A stretch of DNA of 64,000 nucleotides, taken from contig DYFC01000034.1 of the NCBI GenBank assembly GCA_020725385.1, positions 8,339 through 72,338 of the forward strand. Direction: 5' to 3'. The notes under the pieces are model-generated. The model worked only from the letters and a program-made list of their open reading frames with translations. It was not told where the DNA came from and did no database searches. The stretch comes from Nitrospira japonica. GTDB lineage: Bacteria > Nitrospirota > Thermodesulfovibrionia > Thermodesulfovibrionales > SM23-35. The position numbers and the translations under genes are program-made. Positions within the stretch are counted from its first letter, which is position 1, and every line of letters begins with the position of its first letter. Positions 53,461 through 63,770 of the stretch are shown in pieces.

Positions 53461-54077
53461 GATCTAACCCTCCCTATTGAGTCAAGAAAATATTTAATAT
53501 TAGTTTTTATATCACCTTTCAATATTCCTGAAGAGACAGCAATACCATCTGCACCGGCATCAAGAACTGATGCCAGATTTTCCGTGTTAATCCCGCCAAT
53601 GGCAATTACAGGAATATTCACTATTTTTTTTACTTCCTTTAAAGCTCCTATTCCTTTTGGTTCACCCGCATCTTTTGTGTTTGTGTGAAAAATTGGACCA
53701 AATCCTAAATAATCAGCTCCTGTATCCTGAGCTTCAAGCGCCTCTTCAATTGAGTGTGTTGATATACCAATAGTAAATTTTTGTCCAGTGATTTTTCGAG
53801 CCTCTTTTAAAGGTAAGTCATCCTGTCCAAGATGAACTCCTTCAGCATCAGAAGCAAGTGCAATATCTGTGTGATCATTTATAATTAAAGTCGCATCATA
53901 TTCAGAAGTTATTTGTCTCAAGTCAACAGCATTTTCGTAAATTGCTCTTCTTGTGTTTTTTTTGTCCCTGTATTGAATCCATTTAATGCCGCAATCGAGA
54001 ACAATACGTGTCATCTCTATAAAAGACAGATTGCAAATATTCTGATCGGTAATGAAACAGATGCCAGCCAGATACAT
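53457..54077 (-). CDS. thiE: thiamine-phosphate synthase
   Basis: IQYRDK, LIINDHTDIALASDAEGVHLGQDD, GFGPIFHTNTK, IPVIAIGGI motifs. Confidence 0.85.
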   Translation of the reverse strand: MYLAGICFITDQNICNLSFIEMTRIVLDCGIKWIQYRDKKNTRRAIYENAVDLRQITSEYDATLIINDHTDIALASDAEGVHLGQDDLPLKEARKITGQKFTIGISTHSIEEALEAQDTGADYLGFGPIFHTNTKDAGEPKGIGALKEVKKIVNIPVIAIGGINTENLASVLDAGADGIAVSSGILKGDIKTNIKYFLDSIGRVRS

Positions 54078-54081
54078 TGTA

Positions 54082-55443
54082 TTAACCTTCTTTAGTGTTA
54101 TTGTTATTCTTTTCGATAAAACCTGTATTGAAATTACCGCTAATAAAATCAGGATGGCTCATTACTTTTTTATGGAAAGGAATTGTAGTCTTGACCCCTT
54201 CTATGATGAATTCATCAAGCGCTCTTTTCATTCTTGCTATAGCCTCATTTCTGTCTTTGCCATAGACAATAAGTTTTGCGATCAAAGAATCATATTGTGA
54301 GGGGATAACATATCCCTGATAGATTGCTGTGTCTACCCTTACACCCGGTCCACCCGGTAAAGACAAGAATGTAATTTTGCCGGGTGAAGGAATAAAACGT
54401 TCCGGGTCTTCAGCATTAATTCTGCATTCGATAGAATGACCTGAAAGTTTAATTTGATTCTGTTTATATCCGAGAGGAAGTCCGGCTGCGAGTTTTATCT
54501 GTTCTTTAATAATGTCAATTCCGGTAACAGCCTCTGTAACGGGGTGTTCGACCTGTACACGAGTATTGACTTCAATAAAATAAATATTTCCTTTATTGTC
54601 AACAATGAACTCAATTGTACCTAAGTTACGATACTTTAAAGCTTTTGCAGCTTTTACCCCAAGCTCTCCAATTCTTTTTCTGAATTTTTCAGTTGTTATA
54701 AATGGTGAAGGAGATTCTTCAATAAGTTTTTGATGCCTTCTTTGTATGGTACAGTCTCTTTCATGAAGATGAATTATATTCCCTTTATTGTCAGCCATAA
54801 TCTGGACTTCAATATGTCGTAATTCAGGTATATATTCTTCTATATATACTTCGCTGTTACCAAAAGCTGTGAGAGCCTCCCTTTGAGCTATAAAGAAAGC
54901 CTGCTCAAGAGCCTTTTCTTCTTTTATGATTTTCATTCCATGTCCGCCACCACCTGCTGATGCTTTCAAGACAATAGGAAACCCGATCTTTTTTGCGACC
55001 TTCATGGCAGTTTCTTCATCAGGAATAGGGCCATCGCTACCTGATACTATAGGAACACCTTTTCTTTTCATTGTCTGTCTTGCCTTGGCCTTGTCTCCAC
55101 CGAGACGTATATTTTCAGGTGAAGGACCTATAAAAATAATTCCGGATGTCTGGCAGGCTTCTGCAAAATGATAATTCTCTGCGAGGAACCCGTATCCAGG
55201 ATGTATTGCGTCGGCGTCAGTAATTTCAGCAGCACTCAAAATTGCAGGAATGTTAAGATAACTCTGGCTTGCCTGAGCAGGACCAATGCAGACAGATTCA
55301 TCTGCAAGACGCACATGTAATGACTCCCTATCGATATCAGAATAAACAGCAACAGTTTTTATTCCCATTTCACGACAGGCTCGTATTATGCGTACTGCTA
55401 TTTCACCTCTATTTGCGATCAAAACTTTCTTAAAAATTTTCAT
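54082..55443 (-). CDS. accC: acetyl-CoA carboxylase biotin carboxylase subunit
   Basis: [40 protein letters not shown] motifs. Downstream of accB. Confidence 0.95.
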   Translation of the reverse strand: MKIFKKVLIANRGEIAVRIIRACREMGIKTVAVYSDIDRESLHVRLADESVCIGPAQASQSYLNIPAILSAAEITDADAIHPGYGFLAENYHFAEACQTSGIIFIGPSPENIRLGGDKAKARQTMKRKGVPIVSGSDGPIPDEETAMKVAKKIGFPIVLKASAGGGGHGMKIIKEEKALEQAFFIAQREALTAFGNSEVYIEEYIPELRHIEVQIMADNKGNIIHLHERDCTIQRRHQKLIEESPSPFITTEKFRKRIGELGVKAAKALKYRNLGTIEFIVDNKGNIYFIEVNTRVQVEHPVTEAVTGIDIIKEQIKLAAGLPLGYKQNQIKLSGHSIECRINAEDPERFIPSPGKITFLSLPGGPGVRVDTAIYQGYVIPSQYDSLIAKLIVYGKDRNEAIARMKRALDEFIIEGVKTTIPFHKKVMSHPDFISGNFNTGFIEKNNNNTKEG

Positions 55444-55498
55444 ACTCTTAACATTACTGGATTTTTATAAAAAGAGATTAATCAAGTTTGTCGAATAT

Positions 55499-55936
55499 CT
55501 ATAAAGGTTCTATTAAGAACAAAGGTTCACCATATTCGACTGGCTGTCCATTTTCCACAAGAATTTTTACGATTATTCCATCTGTTTCGCTCTCAATTTC
55601 ATTCATGAGTTTCATTGCTTCAACAATACATAGAACCTGACCTTTTGATACCTTTGAGCCAATTTCTACAAAAGGATTTGCATCGGGCGAGGGTGCTCTA
55701 TAGAAAGTGCCTACAATTGGAGAAGTAATTGTAATAAGCCTTTGGGTTTCTTCTTCTTCCGGGATGTCTGTAGTTTTAGTATGAATAACAGAAGGTTTTT
55801 GTAAAGGCATTTCTATAGATGTCAAGATTTTTTCTCTTTTAATTTTTACTCTGGTACCTTCTTTTTCAACCTGAAGTTCTGTAATGTCTGTATCCTTGAG
55901 AAGTTCAATTAAAGCTTTTAAATCCTCAAGTTCCAT
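55499..55936 (-). CDS. accB: acetyl-CoA carboxylase biotin carboxyl carrier protein
   Basis: Biotinylation motif [13 protein letters not shown]. Confidence 0.9.
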   Translation of the reverse strand: MELEDLKALIELLKDTDITELQVEKEGTRVKIKREKILTSIEMPLQKPSVIHTKTTDIPEEEETQRLITITSPIVGTFYRAPSPDANPFVEIGSKVSKGQVLCIVEAMKLMNEIESETDGIIVKILVENGQPVEYGEPLFLIEPL

Positions 55937-56499
55937 TATTTTACCCTTTCTATATACTCTGAAGTTCGAGTGTCTATTTTAATTACGTCTCCTTCATTTA
56001 TATGAAAAGGAACTTTTACTACAGCGCCTGTCTCAAGTGTTGCTGGTTTGCCTCCGCCTGAAGCTGTATCACCTTTAAAGCCTGCAGGGTCTGTTTTTAT
56101 TACAGTTAGTTCAACAAAAGTCGGGATGTCAACACTTATTGGTATTTCTTTATGATATAGTATTTTGACTGTCATGTTTTCTTTAAGAAAGTTTTTTGCA
56201 TCTCCAAGTTGCTCCACTGTTAATGGAATTTGTTCATATGTTTCGGTATCCATAAAGAAATACTGGTCTGCCTGGTTGTAAAGATATTGCATTGATTTTT
56301 CTTCAAGACCTGGCTTTTCGAGTTTTTCCCCTGATCTAAAGGTTTCCTCGATAATCGCACCTGTTTTCAAATTCCTGAGTTTTGTTCTTACAATAGCACC
56401 ACCCCTGCCCATCTTGACATGCTGAAAATCTACTATTTCGCAAGGTTCACCTTTAAATTCAACTTTTAAACCCCTTTTAAAATCACTTGTTGAAATCAA
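55936..56499 (-). CDS. efp: translation elongation factor P
   Basis: [14 protein letters not shown]...VKMGRGGA...[32 protein letters not shown]. Confidence 0.95.
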   Translation of the reverse strand: MISTSDFKRGLKVEFKGEPCEIVDFQHVKMGRGGAIVRTKLRNLKTGAIIEETFRSGEKLEKPGLEEKSMQYLYNQADQYFFMDTETYEQIPLTVEQLGDAKNFLKENMTVKILYHKEIPISVDIPTFVELTVIKTDPAGFKGDTASGGGKPATLETGAVVKVPFHINEGDVIKIDTRTSEYIERVK

Positions 56500-56687
56500 A
56501 TCTAATACCTCCTGATAAGATGAGTATTATTTTAGCATTTTCTGCAAATTTTTCCACTATCTTAACGGAGTTAACTAGTTATTCATTTGCTAACATAAAA
56601 AGAAAAAATAAAAAAATTTACTTGACATTAATTTTTAAGATATGTAACTCTACGTAGCATATATTTTTTATTAAAGGAGGGAATTGG

Positions 56688-58019
56688 ATGAAAAAGGGGT
56701 CTGTAGTAATGTTTAGCAGTATTTTTCTTGCAGTATTTACCATTTTATTCTTTTCTTGGGGTTCTGCTTTCGGAGCTGGATTCGCACTTATTGAGCAAAG
56801 CATGAGCGGTCTTGGAAATGCATATTCAGGAGGTTCAGCAATTGCTGAAGATTCATCAACAATATTTTATAATCCTGCTGGAATGACAAGACTCAGCGGT
56901 AATCAAATTGTAGCCGGTACCCATGTAATTATGCCTTCCGTTGAATTTAATAATGAAGGCTCAAAACACGTAACAGGAGCGCCTTTAAGCGGTGGAAATG
57001 GAGGAGATGGTGGTGTAACGAAACTTGTACCCAATCTTTATTACAGCAGAAAAGTTACCGATAAATTTGCTGTCGGTATTGGAATAAACGCTCCATTTGG
57101 ACTTGCAACAGAATACGATAAAAATTGGGTCGGTCGCTATCATGCGGTTGAATCAGATGTTCTTACTGTAAATATTAATCCATCGGTAGCTTATAAAGTA
57201 AATGATAATCTTAGTATTGGAGCGGGTTTTAGCGCAATGTATTTAAAAGCCCTTCTTTCCAATGCAATAGATTTTGGAACTGTTGGATATATGCTTAAAA
57301 TTCCTGGCTTACTTCCTCAAAAAAATGATGGTTTTGTTGAACTCGAAGGAGATAGCTGGGCCTTTGGTTTTAATGCAGGTATCCTTTATGAATTCAATAA
57401 AAATACAAGAGCAGGTATAGCATATCGTTCAAGAGTAGAACATACTCTAAAGGGTGAAGCTGATTTTTCAAAAGTTCCGGCACTATTAAAGTCTGCATTT
57501 AAGGATGGAGATGTTGAAGCAGATATTACTTTACCCGATAGTCTGTCAATAAGTTTATACCATCAGTATAATCCTAAATGGGCTGTTATGGCTGATTTCA
57601 CATGGACTAACTGGAGTGTATTTGACAAGCTTGTTGTAGAATTCGATAATCCTGCACAGAAAGACGCTGTTACAACTGAAAAATGGCAGGACAATTACCG
57701 TTATTCATTGGGCGTAACATATACTCCGGATGATAAGTGGAAATTCAGGGCTGGAACTGCGTATGATACATCGGCAGTCGCAAGCTCAAAATATCGTACT
57801 CCAAGAATTCCTGATGGAGACAGAATATGGATAGCTTTGGGATTCGGTTATAAATTTACAGACATGTTTGCGGTTGATTTCGGTTATGCACATCTTTTTG
57901 TGAATGACCCTGAAATAAACAAATCAGCAACAGGTGAAGATCAGCTTAAAGGTGCGTTGAAGGGCACATTTGATGCAGCTATTGATATACTTAGCGCCCA
58001 GTTGACATTAAGGTTTTAA
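56688..58019 (+). CDS. fadL: FadL/OmpP1/TodX-family outer membrane long-chain fatty acid or hydrophobic compound transporter
   Basis: Signal peptide, N-terminal hatch motif GAGFALIEQSMSGLGNAYSGG...IFYNPAGM, terminal aromatic residue (RF). Confidence 0.85.
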   Translation: MKKGSVVMFSSIFLAVFTILFFSWGSAFGAGFALIEQSMSGLGNAYSGGSAIAEDSSTIFYNPAGMTRLSGNQIVAGTHVIMPSVEFNNEGSKHVTGAPLSGGNGGDGGVTKLVPNLYYSRKVTDKFAVGIGINAPFGLATEYDKNWVGRYHAVESDVLTVNINPSVAYKVNDNLSIGAGFSAMYLKALLSNAIDFGTVGYMLKIPGLLPQKNDGFVELEGDSWAFGFNAGILYEFNKNTRAGIAYRSRVEHTLKGEADFSKVPALLKSAFKDGDVEADITLPDSLSISLYHQYNPKWAVMADFTWTNWSVFDKLVVEFDNPAQKDAVTTEKWQDNYRYSLGVTYTPDDKWKFRAGTAYDTSAVASSKYRTPRIPDGDRIWIALGFGYKFTDMFAVDFGYAHLFVNDPEINKSATGEDQLKGALKGTFDAAIDILSAQLTLRF

Positions 58020-59542
58020 TGCTTCTTCACCAGCATTTCATAAAAATAGCGAAAAGGTGCGGTGATAAATTTGCTTTTATTGACCGCACCTCTGATAAAC
58101 GCATTACCTATTCAAAGGCTTTGATTGCCTCATTAATTCTTTCCGACAAGATAAAAAAATATCATGAAGGATTTATTGGCATTATGATTCCAACATCAGC
58201 AGGTTGTGCTCTTTCGATACTCGGGACTTTGATGAGCGGAAAGATACCTGTAATGATTAATTATTCAACAGGCGCTGCAACAAATGCTTTATACGCACAA
58301 AATAAATGCAGTTTCAAGACAATTATTACATCCAAAGCTTTGCTCGAAAAAATTAATTGCCCTGTAATTGATGGCATGGTATTTATCGAAGATATCATGG
58401 AAAGTGTTACGGCAGGCGATAAGCTGAAAGCTGCTTTCATATCTAAATTACCCGTTGCTGTAATCCAAAGGCTCGTTTATAGCGGTAATGAGGATGACAA
58501 TATTGTGATACTTTTTACGAGTGGAAGCGAGAAAGATCCAAAAGCTGTACAACTGACGCACAAAAATATATCATCCAATATAAGAGATTTCAGTCAGGTT
58601 ATGAAAATGTTTGAAAATGATATTATGCTTGCAAATCTTCCATATTTCCATGTATTCGGCCTGACTGTAAATCTCTGGACACCGCTTTATTTTGGAATGA
58701 CCATTGTATCATATGCAAATCCTCTGGATTATAAAATGATCTGCACCATCCTTAGAGAAGAGAGACCAACTGTAATGGTTGGCACCCCGAGCTTCTTGTG
58801 GGGGTATCTTCGCAAATCAGAATCCGGGGATTTCAGCAGCATTCGCCTTATTGTAAGTGGTGCTGATAAGTGTCCTGATGTACTTAGAAAAGAATTCAAG
58901 GAAAAGCACGGCATTACACTTTATGAAGGTTATGGTACTACCGAAACATCACCTGTTATTTCAGTAAATACACCCGAGTATAATAAACCTGGAAGTGTTG
59001 GCAGGGTATTGCCCAATGTTAAAGTTCGGATCGAAAATTATGAAACAGGAAATGAATGCAAACCCGGCGAAGTTGGACGAATTCTTGTTAAAGGTGATCT
59101 TGTAATGAAGGGTTATCTTGATGATTTTGAAGAGACTTCTATGCGTATTAGACACGGATGGTATGACACCGGCGATATGGGTTATATTGACAAGGATGGT
59201 TTTTTATGGCATTCCGGAAGATTAAAAAGATTTGTTAAGATAGGCGGGGAGATGGTATCGCTCGTAAAAGTTGAAGATGTATTGCAAAAACTTTTACCAG
59301 AAGATATTGCATGTTGTGTAGTTGAAGTGCCTGATGCATTGAAAGGTGTAAAGATTGTTGCTGCTGTAACCAAAAAGATTGATGAAAGAAAAATCCTCAA
59401 ACAAATGTCAGCACATCTTCCTAATATAGCCCTGCCCAAACAATTTGTTGTTATAGAAGAACTTCCTAAAATGGGAAGCGGCAAGATAGATTTCCGTACA
59501 GTAGCAAATATGCTGCATGAAATATTGAGGGAAAAGGGATAG
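58019..59542 (+). CDS. AMP-dependent acyl-activating enzyme (acyl-ACP synthetase Aas-like or long-chain fatty acid CoA ligase)
   Basis: AMP-binding motifs ILFTSGSEKDPKAV, YEGYGTTETSP, TGDMGYIDKDGFLWHSGRLKRFVKIGGEMV, GSGKID. Start overlaps the fadL stop (TAATG). Confidence 0.8.
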   Translation: MLLHQHFIKIAKRCGDKFAFIDRTSDKRITYSKALIASLILSDKIKKYHEGFIGIMIPTSAGCALSILGTLMSGKIPVMINYSTGAATNALYAQNKCSFKTIITSKALLEKINCPVIDGMVFIEDIMESVTAGDKLKAAFISKLPVAVIQRLVYSGNEDDNIVILFTSGSEKDPKAVQLTHKNISSNIRDFSQVMKMFENDIMLANLPYFHVFGLTVNLWTPLYFGMTIVSYANPLDYKMICTILREERPTVMVGTPSFLWGYLRKSESGDFSSIRLIVSGADKCPDVLRKEFKEKHGITLYEGYGTTETSPVISVNTPEYNKPGSVGRVLPNVKVRIENYETGNECKPGEVGRILVKGDLVMKGYLDDFEETSMRIRHGWYDTGDMGYIDKDGFLWHSGRLKRFVKIGGEMVSLVKVEDVLQKLLPEDIACCVVEVPDALKGVKIVAAVTKKIDERKILKQMSAHLPNIALPKQFVVIEELPKMGSGKIDFRTVANMLHEILREKG

Positions 59543-59584
59543 TAATTTCGGAATTTTTTGCTTAATTTAGAAAATTTTTTGGGG

Positions 59585-60664
59585 TTAAATGATTTCAAGT
59601 TTTTTGGGCAATTGAGTAAGAACTTCGCAGCCTGCTTCTTTTACAATAACCATATCCTCAATCCTTACACCTCCGAGTTCAGGTATGTATATCCCCGGTT
59701 CTATGGTAAATATCATATTATGTTTAAGAATTGTGTTCTGATTCCATGTGATTCTCGGAGCTTCGTGCACCTCAAGTCCTACCCCGTGTCCTGTTCCATG
59801 TCCAAAATAATTGCCGAAACCTTTTGCCTTTATATATTCTCTTGCAATTGAGTCAATTTTTTTGGATTTGATTCCGGGTTTAACAGATGAAATAGATTTT
59901 TGATTAGCCCTTAAAACAATATTATAAATAGCGGTTTTTTTTCTGTAGTCCTTACCACCATTTAATAGAAAAGTACGGGTCATATCCGAAAAATAACCAT
60001 CCGCCTCTCCGCCCCAATCAATAATTATCATATCACCTTTCTGAAATCTTCTATCCGTGGGTTTTGCATGAGGCATTGCGGAATTAGGACCTGATGCTAC
60101 AATAATATCAAATGGTAAACAGCGACATCCCTGTTTTTTTAACCTCTCTTCAAGTAGATTTGATAGTTTTAATTCAGTTTGACCTTCTTTTATTAAAGGT
60201 TTTGTTTCAAGAAAAGCATTTTCAGCTCTTTTTATAGCCAGTTTTATTTTTTCGATTTCTTCTTCTTGTTTTATCAGACGTATCTGTTCAACAACACCAT
60301 CAACATCTCTTAGGGTGGTCTTTGATTTTGTCAGCTTTCGATAGAAATTATATGATATACTCGATTCAAATCCTGTTATTTTTGAAAAAGTTTTTTTAAT
60401 TAGTTTATCTATAATTTGAATACGATTCCCTGCTTCAATAATTATGTCCCAACCATTTATTTCTTTATGTGCCTGTTCTTTGTATCTAAAATCGGTTACA
60501 AATACATTATGTTTATGCGTTATAAATAAAAAACCCGATGAGCCTGTAAAACCTGTAAGATACCTTATGTTAATAATATTAAATATGAGTAATGAATCTA
60601 CCCCTATTTTTTTGATTGCTCTTTTAACAGCATCGAGTCTTGCCTGAAATGAAGATGTAAGCAT
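59585..60664 (-). CDS. Xaa-Pro aminopeptidase/dipeptidase (peptidase M24B)
   Basis: Metal-ligand motifs DWGGEADGYFSDMTRT, HGTGHGVGLEVHE, FTIEPGIY, VRIEDMV. Confidence 0.85.
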   Translation of the reverse strand: MLTSSFQARLDAVKRAIKKIGVDSLLIFNIINIRYLTGFTGSSGFLFITHKHNVFVTDFRYKEQAHKEINGWDIIIEAGNRIQIIDKLIKKTFSKITGFESSISYNFYRKLTKSKTTLRDVDGVVEQIRLIKQEEEIEKIKLAIKRAENAFLETKPLIKEGQTELKLSNLLEERLKKQGCRCLPFDIIVASGPNSAMPHAKPTDRRFQKGDMIIIDWGGEADGYFSDMTRTFLLNGGKDYRKKTAIYNIVLRANQKSISSVKPGIKSKKIDSIAREYIKAKGFGNYFGHGTGHGVGLEVHEAPRITWNQNTILKHNMIFTIEPGIYIPELGGVRIEDMVIVKEAGCEVLTQLPKKLEII

Positions 60665-60724
60665 AATGATGTAGATACAATAACAAAAAATATCCTTAAA
60701 TGTCTAAAGTGAAAATCTGTTATT

Positions 60725-60768
60725 AAAATTCTCAAATTCTCATTCTTATTTATCAAATTGAGAATTTT
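60725..60768. promoter_or_regulatory. perfect 11-bp inverted repeat (aaaattctcaa, 22 nt, ttgagaatttt) in the divergent pepP-like/rpoD intergenic region
   Basis: Read directly from the sequence. Function unknown (operator or RNA hairpin). AT-rich context. Confidence 0.4.
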
Positions 60769-60906
60769 TAGATATTTCAAAAATATATTAAGTCCGCATT
60801 TTTATATAACTATAGGAAAAATAAGTAAAAATTACATTGTAAGAATATGGCATTTAATTTGCTGCTATATTTTCAGATTGAAGTACAAATTAGTTTTAAG
60901 TAGCAG

Positions 60907-62217
60907 GTGATGTTTATGGAAGAAAACAATTTATTTGAGGATATTATACAACTGGGGTTAGATAAAGGAAGTTTGACCTTCAATGACATAGATGAAGTAA
61001 TACCGCCTGAATTTATGGTAAATAAAGATTTTGAATCATTTGTATATCAGATACAAGATGCAGGAATTAGATTAGAAGATGAAATTGAATCGGATTTGAA
61101 AAATAAGGAAAATAATGGAGACGATTTATTTGATGATATTGAAAATGACAATCTTGTCCGGACTTATCTCCATTCAATGGGAAATATCAATATTTTTACA
61201 AAAAACGAGACTATCGAAATTGCAAGAAAAATCAAAGAAGGTAACAGGATTTTAATAAAAAGCATTTCACAGTTTCCGGTATATAAAAGAATTAAGAAGG
61301 AGAATCGGGAGAACGGTGGGCATAACAATAATATTACAAATAACAACAATGACCAGGAAATTTTAAAGAGGTGTATGGAGGTTTTAAAATCTCTTCTTGG
61401 AAAAAATAAAATTAAGGATATAATTGCTGAAACAGGTGTTAATTCAAAAGAGTTTAAAAAGAAATATGAAAAAATATTAGAAGTTCAGAAATTTATCGAT
61501 GATGCAAAAAATGAATTTGTAATACACAATTTAAGGCTTGTTGTTAATATAGCAAAACAATATATAGGAAGGGGGCTACCTCTGCTAGATTTAATACAGG
61601 AAGGAAATATAGGGCTCATGAAAGCTGTTGAAAGGTTTGATTATAGAAGAGGCTTCAAATTCAGTACTTATGCGGTCTGGTGGATTAGGCAGGCAATTTT
61701 AAGAGCTTTAATCGAGCAAACAAGAACTGTTAGATTGCCTGTTCATGTGATCGAGATGTATAACAAAATGAATCAATCGGAGAAAGAGATAACTAATATG
61801 CTCGGAAGAAAACCCGGGATTGCTGAAATTGCCGATAAAACAGGTGTATCTTTTGAAAAAGTTGAAAATGTATATAATGCATTGCAGGATACTGTTTCAA
61901 TGAACGAACCAATTGGAGATGACAAAACTTCTCTCGGCGAATATATCCCTGACACAAGAAGCTTGTCACCTTATGAAAGTACAGAACAGAAAAAAATGAG
62001 GGAATATCTGCTGAAAATACTTCATACACTTACACCTAAAGAAGAAAAAGTTATCAAAATGAGGTATGGAATAGGCTGTGACAGGGATTATACACTCGAA
62101 GAAATAGGCAAGCATTTATCTATTACAAGAGAACGTGTGAGACAGATTGAAGAGAAAGCAATTAAAAAGCTCAGGCATCCAAAACGGCTTAAGGCAATAA
62201 GGGAAATGCTTCATTAA
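60907..62217 (+). CDS. rpoD: RNA polymerase sigma-70 family primary-like sigma factor
   Basis: Region 2 (HNLRLVVNIAKQYIGRGLPLLDLIQEGNIGLMKAVERFDYRRGFKFSTYAVWWIRQAI), region 3 and region 4 (YTLEEIGKHLSITRERVRQIEEKAIKKLR). Asn-rich linker (NGGHNNNITNNNND). Confidence 0.85.
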   Translation: MMFMEENNLFEDIIQLGLDKGSLTFNDIDEVIPPEFMVNKDFESFVYQIQDAGIRLEDEIESDLKNKENNGDDLFDDIENDNLVRTYLHSMGNINIFTKNETIEIARKIKEGNRILIKSISQFPVYKRIKKENRENGGHNNNITNNNNDQEILKRCMEVLKSLLGKNKIKDIIAETGVNSKEFKKKYEKILEVQKFIDDAKNEFVIHNLRLVVNIAKQYIGRGLPLLDLIQEGNIGLMKAVERFDYRRGFKFSTYAVWWIRQAILRALIEQTRTVRLPVHVIEMYNKMNQSEKEITNMLGRKPGIAEIADKTGVSFEKVENVYNALQDTVSMNEPIGDDKTSLGEYIPDTRSLSPYESTEQKKMREYLLKILHTLTPKEEKVIKMRYGIGCDRDYTLEEIGKHLSITRERVRQIEEKAIKKLRHPKRLKAIREMLH

Positions 62218-62599
62218 ATAATAAAAAGAAAAGGGACAGAGACTATGTGGGAGTCAATCCACAGTGTAATATCGCCTCTGCCCCAACCTGAAATCTGTTT
62301 TTGAAGGTTCCTGAATACAGTTTCAGAAATCAAAGAGGCAGTGTTAATTTTTCAATTCTGAAATTTTACCATAATTTTAAAATAATTTGTCAATCAAATT
62401 GCTCAAAATAAATTGATTTATAAAAATTTTTGATGAAATAAAATTTACTATAATTCGAAGCAACAGCCGGATATTCTGAAATTTGTGCTATACTTACTTA
62501 TAATCCGTCTTCTCTATTCTTAGCTTTGAGCAATTGGTCCGGTTATTCTGGTTAACAATTGTAAATATTAAAGTAGCAAAGAATTATTTCATTATTAAA

Positions 62600-63262
62600 A
62601 TGAGTTCGAGATCAGAAGAAAAACTATATAAAACCAGTGAAGAAATAGTCCACGGGATTACACATGGCATTGGTATTTTGTTTGCTCTTGCAGGTATGAT
62701 AATTCTTTTGTACTTTGCTATAATGCACGGAACCTTCCGTCATATTATAAGCTGTACAATTTATGGAGTATCACTGATTTTACTCTATACTACTTCAACC
62801 CTCTATCATAGCATTCAACGTCCTAAAACAAAAAAAATCTTAAGACAATTAGACCATACATCAATTTATATTTTAATTGCAGGCTCATATACACCCTTTA
62901 CACTTGTTAATCTTCGTGGCATATGGGGATGGACATTATTCAGTATAGTGTGGGGGCTTGCATTTGCCGGAATAATTATGCAATTATCTCCATTAAGAAA
63001 ATGGAAAATAATAAGAATGCTCATTTATATAGTAATGGGTTGGATTGCAATAACTGCAATTAAACCCTTACTATTTTCTCTTCCTCTTAATGCTTTTATT
63101 CTTATAGTAGCAGGAGGGATAATTTATACCTCCGGAATAGTGTTTTATCTCTGGAGGCGCATCCCTTTTAATCATGCTATATGGCATGTATTCGTTCTCG
63201 CAGGCAGTATAATGCATTATTTTGCAGTTCTTCTATCTTTAAACCGTTCATGGTCTTTATAA
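62600..63262 (+). CDS. hemolysin III / PAQR-family membrane protein
   Basis: Seven TM segments with HGITHGIG, STLYHS, LDHTSIY, HAIWHVFVLAGS motifs. The ATG at 62600 is preferred over the upstream track start at 62534. Confidence 0.8.
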   Translation: MSSRSEEKLYKTSEEIVHGITHGIGILFALAGMIILLYFAIMHGTFRHIISCTIYGVSLILLYTTSTLYHSIQRPKTKKILRQLDHTSIYILIAGSYTPFTLVNLRGIWGWTLFSIVWGLAFAGIIMQLSPLRKWKIIRMLIYIVMGWIAITAIKPLLFSLPLNAFILIVAGGIIYTSGIVFYLWRRIPFNHAIWHVFVLAGSIMHYFAVLLSLNRSWSL

Positions 63263-63428
63263 TCGAGACAATTCTATATTTTTTGACCATCAAGAATAAA
63301 AGCTTTATAGCATCTTTTGCATTTCGCAAATGCCTATGTGAAAACATAAAGCAAAAAGAAACAATACCCGAACCCTCTTCAGGGCACCTCTCTCGGTAAA
63401 AATAAAAACAGATAATAATTCGTGATTT

Positions 63429-63770
63429 TTATAACCCGAGTGCTTCGGCTATTCTTTTCTTTTGTTTTTCTATTGTCCTCTGTCCGTGTTCAAGATTTTT
63501 TAAGAGTTCTTTTTTTGCATTATCCGAAATATCCTTGCCACTGTCAATAAGATCGGAGATTTTTTCTTTTACATCATCTGCAAAATCATTAATGGTATCA
63601 ATTGCATCTTCAACGATATTTACAGTTTCTCTCTTGATTTTACGCGCTGTTCGTGCAATATCTTTTCTTGTATCTTTACCCGACTGCGGTGCGTAAAGTA
63701 ACGCAATTCCGGCTCCTACTGCACCTCCAATTAAAAATGCAAGCGCTATTTTCTTATAATCTTCGTCCAT
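63429..63770 (-). CDS. YtxH domain protein
   Basis: GGAVGAGIALLYAPQSGKDTRKDI YtxH signature. ATG at 63770 is preceded by a GGAGG RBS. Confidence 0.7.
   Translation of the reverse strand: MDEDYKKIALAFLIGGAVGAGIALLYAPQSGKDTRKDIARTARKIKRETVNIVEDAIDTINDFADDVKEKISDLIDSGKDISDNAKKELLKNLEHGQRTIEKQKKRIAEALGL

Noticed and set aside
56622-56650. Putative promoter upstream of fadL (TTGACA at 56622).
   Set aside because: No acceptable -10 hexamer lies at 16-18 nt spacing (TAACTC only). It was left unannotated.
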